A stretch of DNA of 5,926 bases from Trichoplax adhaerens (taxonomy: Eukaryota; Animalia; Placozoa): contig NW_002061108.1 of NCBI RefSeq assembly GCF_000150275.1, forward strand, positions 3,097-9,022, read 5' to 3'. The notes beneath the pieces are model-generated. The model searched no databases and had not been told where the DNA came from. It saw nothing but the letters and a program-made list of their open reading frames with translations. Each line of letters begins with the position of its first letter. Position 1 is the stretch's first letter. Shown here in pieces: positions 1-5,926 of the stretch. Position numbers and translations under genes: made by a program.

Positions 1-297
1 TTACTTTCACTAAAGCATCATGAAAGAAATTAGGAAATTTCAAGTTAACATATAAGCAAGATTGAAAAATCAATTTATGATCAAGCTATTTATACTAAAA
101 ATAACAATTAAGTAATCAGTGTAGTCGTGATGACATTGATCGCTGATCAAAATAGCCCTAACGATACATCAATCGTACTTGCTAATAACCCAGATTTCCA
201 AAGTAACATTTCTTAATTAAAGGTATCTTGAAGGAAATCTTCTAAAAATTTCACCTCCACGTTACTGTTCAAATATGATCACTTATGTGTTATAAGG

Positions 298-1356
298 TCA
301 ACGATATGCTGGTATTTCAGCGTGTATAGCGGGAAAACAATTATCGTAAGCACGAACAGCCTTGTCGTAGTGATGGTCACGTTCATGACTAGGTATTTTT
401 TCAAGTGTTTCTTTGATAGTGGTTAAAGCTGTTTCACAAAGTTTTGCATTATCTTTATACAATTTTGCACGCTCTATAAAAAATTTTGCAAATTGTTGAT
501 TAAAGTATTTACCCACATAACTAACAGCATCAATACCACCCTCTCTTGGCCAGAAGCGATTTTTGTAGTTTCCGATAAGGTGTACTAGTGCATTTACTGT
601 ATTTTCATTAATTAATTCATATCCAGATATTTTGCTGTAAACTTCAAATGCTAAATCTCCATCATTCATCAACTTATCAGGCACACTACTTAAATCATCT
701 TTTTCTGCTAAAACAGGATATAGGCTTCTTTCTAGATATTCTCTTGTATGTTCGTCTAATAAATTAGCCCAACTGCAATTACTTTCAATCATAGTTTGTT
801 TATCACTGCCGGATTTTAAGCGTATCAAGATAATCTTTTGAAGTTCCTTAAAAATTTGACTTTGAGTACCATTTCCAACTTTCAAGCAATGATTACTTTC
901 ATAGATAAACTTAATTTCATCATTCTCCACATTTACCGCATAAGGAATTTTCATTGCAATCCATAGTAATGACCTAAAGATTAAAATTGGATGTTTGAAA
1001 TATTCTTCACATTCATTTACGATTAGATAGTTCAATGAAATCTTGGAGATGCAATCATGTAATTGAAGAAAATCATTGAAAATTACACTATGAGCACTCT
1101 TAATGATAGAAATCAAATTCTGCGTTGAGCTTAATTTTGCTTGATGTTTAATAAAATATGGCATTATTTTCAGACAAGCATGTTTAGCGTTCGGTTCCAG
1201 ATTTTCATGATATAATGAATGAATTGCGCTCAAAGCTGAATTTGCTCGCCAACGGGCATCTTCATCTATACGTTTTATAAAATAGTCAGCTAATTTGGTA
1301 TTAAAAGCATTTCCAAGTAATGCCATTGCTGCAAAACCTCCGTCGATATCCCAATA
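298..1356 (-). CDS. C-terminal alpha-helical (HEAT/ARM-like, putative sensor) segment, probably the 3' end of the NACHT gene
   Basis: 342-aa ORF (ATG at 1326, stop TGA at 300-298). Its frame is open 10 codons further upstream (YWDIDGGFAA from 1356), and those codons align with an internal repeat copy, so they look coding. The sequence has amphipathic helical patterning and no catalytic motif I recognise. The HEAT-like label is inference. Confidence 0.65.
   Translation of the reverse strand, partial: YWDIDGGFAAMALLGNAFNTKLADYFIKRIDEDARWRANSALSAIHSLYHENLEPNAKHACLKIMPYFIKHQAKLSSTQNLISIIKSAHSVIFNDFLQLHDCISKISLNYLIVNECEEYFKHPILIFRSLLWIAMKIPYAVNVENDEIKFIYESNHCLKVGNGTQSQIFKELQKIILIRLKSGSDKQTMIESNCSWANLLDEHTREYLERSLYPVLAEKDDLSSVPDKLMNDGDLAFEVYSKISGYELINENTVNALVHLIGNYKNRFWPREGGIDAVSYVGKYFNQQFAKFFIERAKLYKDNAKLCETALTTIKETLEKIPSHERDHHYDKAVRAYDNCFPAIHAEIPAYR
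469..555 (-). repeat. Protein-level internal repeat, copy 2 (FWPREGGIDAVSYVGKYFNQQFAKFFIER)
   Basis: Matches copy 1 at 1270-1356 with 11/29 identities and no gaps; the copies are 267 codons apart. Confidence 0.75.
1270..1356 (-). repeat. Protein-level internal repeat, copy 1 (YWDIDGGFAAMALLGNAFNTKLADYFIKR)
   Basis: Ungapped manual alignment to copy 2 (469-555) gives 11/29 identities (W, GG, A, G, FN, A, FI, R), followed by SALSAI versus TALTTI. Confidence 0.75.
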
Positions 1357-1376
1357 CTATTAAATATGGTATCCGT

Positions 1377-1426
1377 NNNNNNNNNNNNNNNNNNNNNNNN
1401 NNNNNNNNNNNNNNNNNNNNNNNNNN
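1377..1426. other. Assembly/scaffold gap (50 N)
   Basis: Run of exactly 50 N; the round number suggests a placeholder of unknown true length. Confidence 0.98.
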
Positions 1427-4400
1427 TCCAAATCAGAATCAGAAAGAACTTTGGAAGAAACTTGGTTTGGACGGTTGGAAAAGTTTACATTACCGTCTTG
1501 CATAGCATCACCATCGTTTAAATTTTGCGTTGATGAATGTTGCCTTAGGCATTGTAGTACCTGCTTTCCCCAGGTCTTTTTTTTTAGTTTCGTTTCTAAA
1601 ATTTGCCGATGATCGGTTGAAAATTGACTAAAACAAACTTGAGCCAAGTTAGTCTTCGCTGCTCCTAATATATCTGAATCATCATCAAATAAAACTTTCC
1701 ATAACGCAAGTTGATGATTATCATTTTGGGAGTCAAATCTAGGTATTAAATCGTCACCTGTCATACTTAATTGCGCTGCTAATGACAAGATTAGCATATA
1801 TTTCGGATTGTAACGATGTTTTTGAAGGATATTTTTAACGTTCTTGCTCAGTTGGTCGTCTGAGACGATCTCTCTTAAGGCAAATAATGCTGCAAAATAT
1901 TCTTGATAGGTTTCATGGGAAAATTTAAAGTAATGTTGGCCATGATTGTAGACTGAAAGCAGCCCAGTATCATTCAAATCTTGAATCATCGCATCGGTCT
2001 TAAAAGATCGATAAAAATACGGACCAATAAACTTATAAGGTAAGTGAAATGCTTGTCGAAAAGCAAATACCAAGCATAGTTCGAAATAACTGGATGTCAA
2101 GGCATAAATGCGTTGTGGCCTTGGTAATACTGTAGTTTCATTAATGTTCATGTGCTTATAAAGAAAAAGCAGCAATTTTCTGCGGATAAATTGCTGAAGA
2201 AGTGTGGCTGTAGAAATAGCCTCCATCCTATCGTAGTCTTTATCCTTACTTGACAGAATAGATGGTATTAATATTTCACAGAATAGATAGCTTTCCAAAG
2301 GAATCCCTAGTAAGCTTTTTGATTTTCTATCGCTGATGGATTTTAAATATTTATTAATCTGTTCAATTACTTGATTGCAATTATGATTAAGCTTATTCTT
2401 AGGCACTGTAAGCGTTTTAAGAATGGCTTTTACGTACTCTTCAATATATTGTGCTCGCTGGGAGTCCGTATATTCTAGCAATTTATAAGAATTGATACGA
2501 ACATTTTTAGTTAAAGATATTTTGTTGGCAGCATAACATCGAGAAGTTATAACAACTTGTACTTTATCAGAAATATCATTGATCCATTGATTGATTAGTT
2601 GGGCTTGATTTTCGTCTTTGATTTCGTCGAAACCATCGAGCAATAATGTAACATTAGAATTGGTTTTCATGTCTTGTGCTAGAGCAGATAATTCCCAACT
2701 TTTCCAATCGATATCTGTCGCTAGCTTGGTAAAGATACTATCAGGTGTAGGAGATGACGATAAATTCAGTTGTGGTAAATGGACATAAATCATCCATGTA
2801 ATCGTAGATGGTTTCTGCTGAAACCATCGATATTTTATGTGTAAACATAACGAAGTTTTTCCACAGCCAGCCTTCGCTAATACGATTGAACGTGTTCGTT
2901 GATGATCGATAAGATTGTTTCCTAATGTTATCACTTCATCATTATCATTAAAGTAGTAAGAGGCAGGCTTTGGGAGGCTTATATAATGTGAACTTTGATC
3001 GGTAACAGTTGCATAGTTAAATTCAGTATCTGTACAAGAAACGCTAATAAACTTGACCCTGCACTTACAGATTGATCCAGTTCCTTGATCTATAAAAATA
3101 GCGGTTACGTTTTCATAAACGTAACCGCATTGGTTAAGCTGGCCAAGGTAGGTATCTAGTGTATTTCGTATAAGTATGAATTTGGTATCCTTTCCAATGT
3201 CGCTAGGGTTTTTGACAAAACGTATTATGTCCTCCCTATTAAACTGAGCCTCAAACCATTGGATTATCCGTTTTGGTGCATTCGTGTTGTTCAAAATTAT
3301 AACTTGAGCGTTAGTGTTGGTTATCAAGTCCATGAAATTGTAAACTGGTACACCTTGAATGGCATTATTAGGTATATAAACATCATAAGGCAAGCCACTT
3401 TCCAGGTTGGATTGTGCATCTATTACTAGACTGTCTATGATATCACATAATGTATCGAAATCACCCATCTCTTTTCGCAAATTGCTTGTTTGGTCTTTCA
3501 GAACGGTTTCTAAAGGATAACGTTTCCCACTTAATACTACGTAGTGATCTAGAAATGGTGTGCACACAGACTCTATTTCATCTGCAGTCAGAGTTCCGAT
3601 AATGATGTGCTGAGGCTTGAGCGACTGATTTTCTCGACCGTGAATATGATTAGATGATGTTGGCGCGCTATTTCCTTCTCCACTGTTACCGATACGAAAA
3701 TCCCGAAGCGTTTTCATTAACGTATTTACATAATCGTCTTCAACAAGTAACACTAATAGCTTTCTATTACTAATTGCAGCTTGTAAAATGGGTTCAACAA
3801 TTGGAAGGAAATCATTATCGGACCAATTTAAACAATCAATAACGATAAATCGGATTGATTCGCCAGCAAAAACCTTTGGTATACTAATTTTTAACGAGGG
3901 ATGCATAGTCAGAAAAGCCCAATCGCCGTCATGAATGAACTTGTTTTGATAAAGCCGATTGATTGTTGCGTACACTCTTGGCCTTAATCCTTTACCAGTG
4001 ATGATTGCCAGCGGATAACCTTTCCCAGCCTGAGTGAGGAATAAATCGTATAACGGAGGATTGTGAAAGTTTGTCCAGGAGATATTATAGCTTTCATACT
4101 CTTTCTTGAATTGCTGTGTATCACCTAGAAGATAAAATCGCTCCAAGTCTGCCATCTCTGCTTGAACTAAATTGCCAAATTTGTCTGCCTTTAACACAGA
4201 TTCTTGCCGATCTCGAAACCAATTAAGAATTTTATCCATTAAAGCATGGTATAATTGCCTTGGTGCAAAATGAACATCCAATTGAATTTCTTCAAGGATT
4301 ATTTGCAAAAGATTAGAAACGTCAGGTTGCATCTGTTTAATAATAAATTCATCGAGATATTGATTGATTTCCTGATCTAAAATGCCAGCAATCACAAGTT

Positions 4401-4587
4401 CTGGTGAATTTATTTTAGTAGAAATTTCTGTTTTATGTGACTTGAATAACTCTTTCGATTGATCATTCATTTTCCTTAGTAAGATGTTCTCCAAGGGTTC
4501 TTTCTTTAATGCTAGTTGGATTAGAGCTCCAGCCTTAATGGATATTGGATACTTTCCATTACACTCGATCATATTTGACTGTTTCAA
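1427..4587 (-). CDS. NACHT-family STAND NTPase segment (more than 1050 aa, runs into the assembly gap; true start and end uncertain)
   Basis: Walker A AKAGCGKT (2854-2877) after strand SIVL; Walker B LLLDGFDE (2623-2646); sensor-1 VVITSR; helical-domain LLGIPL; winged-helix FSHETYQEYFAA (1888-1923); then RYNPKY and DILG motifs. The TTG start at 4587 is weak and this frame is already open from 4623. The track's stop at 1360 depends on the gap being exactly 50 nt. Confidence 0.9.
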
Positions 4588-4594
4588 ATGTTTT

Positions 4595-5404
4595 TTACTC
4601 TTCTTTCCAGAATGGTACCTCTGTTAAGTATTGGCTTAACGCTGTTGCCGCATTTTCGATTTCTGTTTGTAATACACTTATCAGAAGCGGCTTATTGAAA
4701 GACTGACCATTCTGAACGATTTTCAACTCGATTATATCATCAGTAATATCCACTATGGTGCATTCGTATTTTTCCATTTCATTAGAATGATTATAGATTG
4801 CATTGATAAATTGTTGTCTGCTTTGCCCCGTCTTAAACTTGACTGTTTTAGGCTGCCTTGGTAGTTTCTTAAATCGGAAGTACTCATTTTCATCCGGAAT
4901 CATACAATCTATCAAGAAATGATCCGATTCCGTAACATCCCGATTAGTAAAAAAGATGTAGTAACATGTTTTACGATTTCCTTGATTGTTTACAGCAAAT
5001 TTTCCATTTCTTAATTTCATCCATGAATCAAAATATTTGGCTAAGCTAGCAGGCTGATCTTTTCCGGCGCAAAAATCTTTAGCAGAATAGGGATCGCCTA
5101 CCGAAGCGTGCTTGGCCTGTAGGAATGTAATACTATCTCCACTATCGATGACTAAATCGTCAAACTTTTCAAATTCTGTTGCTTCGCTGCACAGATAAAA
5201 TGGATAATTTCGCTGGCGAGCACGCCAAGCTGCCAAAGTGAGTAAACCTAACTGATACACAATTCCATGAAAATTTCTTTTCAAGCCGTCAACTTTAAGC
5301 TTGGAGAACTTCATTCGACGGGAATCCTGTTGGTTAGCACTAGATAGAACATCAATAGCATGAGCTCCCTGAAGGCAATCTTGATCACTGGTATTGTCGG
5401 CCAT
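4595..5404 (-). CDS. N-terminal segment: PD-(D/E)XK-superfamily (Cap4/Mrr-like, D-x(n)-QxK) endonuclease domain protein, 269 aa as annotated; probably the 5' part of a larger nuclease-NACHT gene
   Basis: The translation carries the ordered restriction-endonuclease-fold motifs: helix HGIVYQ (5252-5269), KFDDLV (FDD at 5156-5164), FLQAKH (QAKH at 5108-5119), SLAKYFDSW, and strand YYIFFTN (FFTN at 4943-4954). The G-x-x-YQ ... DD ... QxK ... hhTN order is typical of nuclease effectors fused to STAND ATPases. Confidence 0.8.
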   Translation of the reverse strand: MADNTSDQDCLQGAHAIDVLSSANQQDSRRMKFSKLKVDGLKRNFHGIVYQLGLLTLAAWRARQRNYPFYLCSEATEFEKFDDLVIDSGDSITFLQAKHASVGDPYSAKDFCAGKDQPASLAKYFDSWMKLRNGKFAVNNQGNRKTCYYIFFTNRDVTESDHFLIDCMIPDENEYFRFKKLPRQPKTVKFKTGQSRQQFINAIYNHSNEMEKYECTIVDITDDIIELKIVQNGQSFNKPLLISVLQTEIENAATALSQYLTEVPFWKEE

Positions 5405-5445
5405 TATTCTTGATTTTCGTTCGGTGCATCAATTTTGCTTCCCAT
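5404..5445 (-). other. 13-aa upstream ORF MGSKIDAPNENQE whose stop overlaps the main start (TAATG)
   Basis: The minus strand reads ATG GGA AGC AAA ATT GAT GCA CCG AAC GAA AAT CAA GAA TAA, and the last A of TAA (5404) is the A of the main ATG. Function is unproven. Confidence 0.35.
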
Positions 5446-5502
5446 GCTAAGCTGTATAGAAATGGAATCACTTCCGCTATCGGCTTGAATGCTAATCTAT
5501 AC

Positions 5503-5535
5503 AATATGGTATGGACAAAGCAATTAGTTTTATAG
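5503..5535 (-). promoter_or_regulatory. Putative RNA polymerase II core promoter (TATA box plus initiator-like motif)
   Basis: Minus-strand CTATAAAA at 5535-5528, and CCATATT (fits YYANWYY) at 5509-5503 with its A at 5507, 27 nt from the first T of TATA and about 100 nt upstream of the ATG. The AT-rich background makes chance matches possible. Confidence 0.4.
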
Positions 5536-5926
5536 ACGTCATGACTAAAGTTCTAATACAACTTATAGTAGCTCCATGAATATCTTTTCTCAACCCGATG
5601 TTGATCAAACCATAGCTAAATCGACGCGTACATCTAGATTATGATGTCATTTGTAAATTTCCCCCCAAAAATACATTTGTTTATTTTATTTATTTTAAGA
5701 ATGCCAGTGGGTGGTCCCCCATTGGTTACAACTATATAATTATTTTAATGCTATTTGTTTAATTTATTCCATAACCTCACATCAATGGAGAAAGGGAATA
5801 TTAAAATAGATTGTAGGCGAAAATATATATTGCAAATGATCATCCACAAACTTGTTCTTTTTAGAAGTATGCCGACTTAAACTCATGGCATCATTTCTCC
5901 AGGATATGTAGAAAGTCTAAAAGAAA

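Larger units (their letters stand above)
298..5404 (-). pseudogene. Whole locus model: nuclease-NACHT-helical repeat gene of about 1700 codons, interrupted by two frame disruptions (recent pseudogene or assembly errors)
   Basis: All three segments are on one strand in collinear effector-NTPase-sensor order. Only 7 nt separate the ORF1 stop from the ORF2 TTG and the open frames overlap. The second break sits next to a scaffold gap. No other in-frame stops occur in about 5 kb. Confidence 0.55.

Noticed and set aside
136-176. Short inverted repeats TTGATC-gct-GATCAA and ACGAT-n6-ATCGT downstream of the gene as a terminator
   Set aside because: The stems are only 5-6 bp and AT-rich with no convincing U-tract. 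No canonical AATAAA on the minus strand was seen in 1-297 either.
1330-1337. TTTTGCAG splice-acceptor-like motif on the minus strand just before ATG 1326
   Set aside because: Using it would remove the YW-x3-GG residues conserved in the internal repeat, so the stretch is more likely coding.
1360-1376. Annotated end of the 1075-aa ORF (GYHI-stop)
   Set aside because: The frame after the gap depends on the placeholder length of 50 N, so this terminus is unreliable.
1320-1505. 61-aa plus-strand ORF from the track
   Set aside because: It is antisense to the long NACHT ORF, spans the N gap, and has no recognisable motif; a shadow ORF.
1577-1585. T9 homopolymer (A9 on the coding strand) as a phase-variation or slippage site
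   Set aside because: It simply encodes part of LKKKT in an intact frame and is unremarkable in AT-rich DNA.
4579-4618. 40-nt GT...AG segment whose removal would join ORF1 and ORF2 in frame
   Set aside because: Weak donor (GTACCA), purine-rich interior and no polypyrimidine tract. A single-base indel is simpler, though RNA-seq would be needed to exclude it fully.
298-5404. Three-gene bacterial operon interpretation
   Set aside because: There are no clear ribosome-binding sites, the open frames overlap at the first junction, and repeat homology extends upstream of the third ATG; all favour one disrupted gene. Not fully excluded.
1-5926. CRISPR array, tRNA/rRNA, transposase or terminal inverted repeats
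   Set aside because: No regularly spaced nucleotide repeats, RNA gene signatures or transposase motifs were seen on manual reading.

Overview
AT-rich 5.9-kb window almost entirely filled by one minus-strand locus (5404->298), which the ORF track splits into three pieces. The pieces read best as a single protein of about 1700 aa. Its order is: N-terminal PD-(D/E)XK-type (Cap4/Mrr-like, D...QxK) nuclease domain, a central region with a possible degenerate P-loop fold, an intact NACHT/STAND NTPase (Walker A, Walker B, sensor-1, GxP, winged-helix motif), and an alpha-helical C-terminus containing an internally duplicated unit. The first break is a one-base frame offset near 4597-4623. The second is at a 50-N scaffold gap (1377-1426) with an adjacent frame disruption. 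This effector-STAND-sensor layout matches nuclease-armed NLR-like/Avs-like immune proteins. The upstream DNA has no clear Shine-Dalgarno but shows a TATA box with an initiator-like motif at Pol II spacing and several metazoan-type motifs, so this may be an apparently intronless, bacterial-style nuclease-NLR in a eukaryotic genome. Host assignment is inference only. No RNA genes, CRISPR arrays or mobile-element hallmarks were seen.
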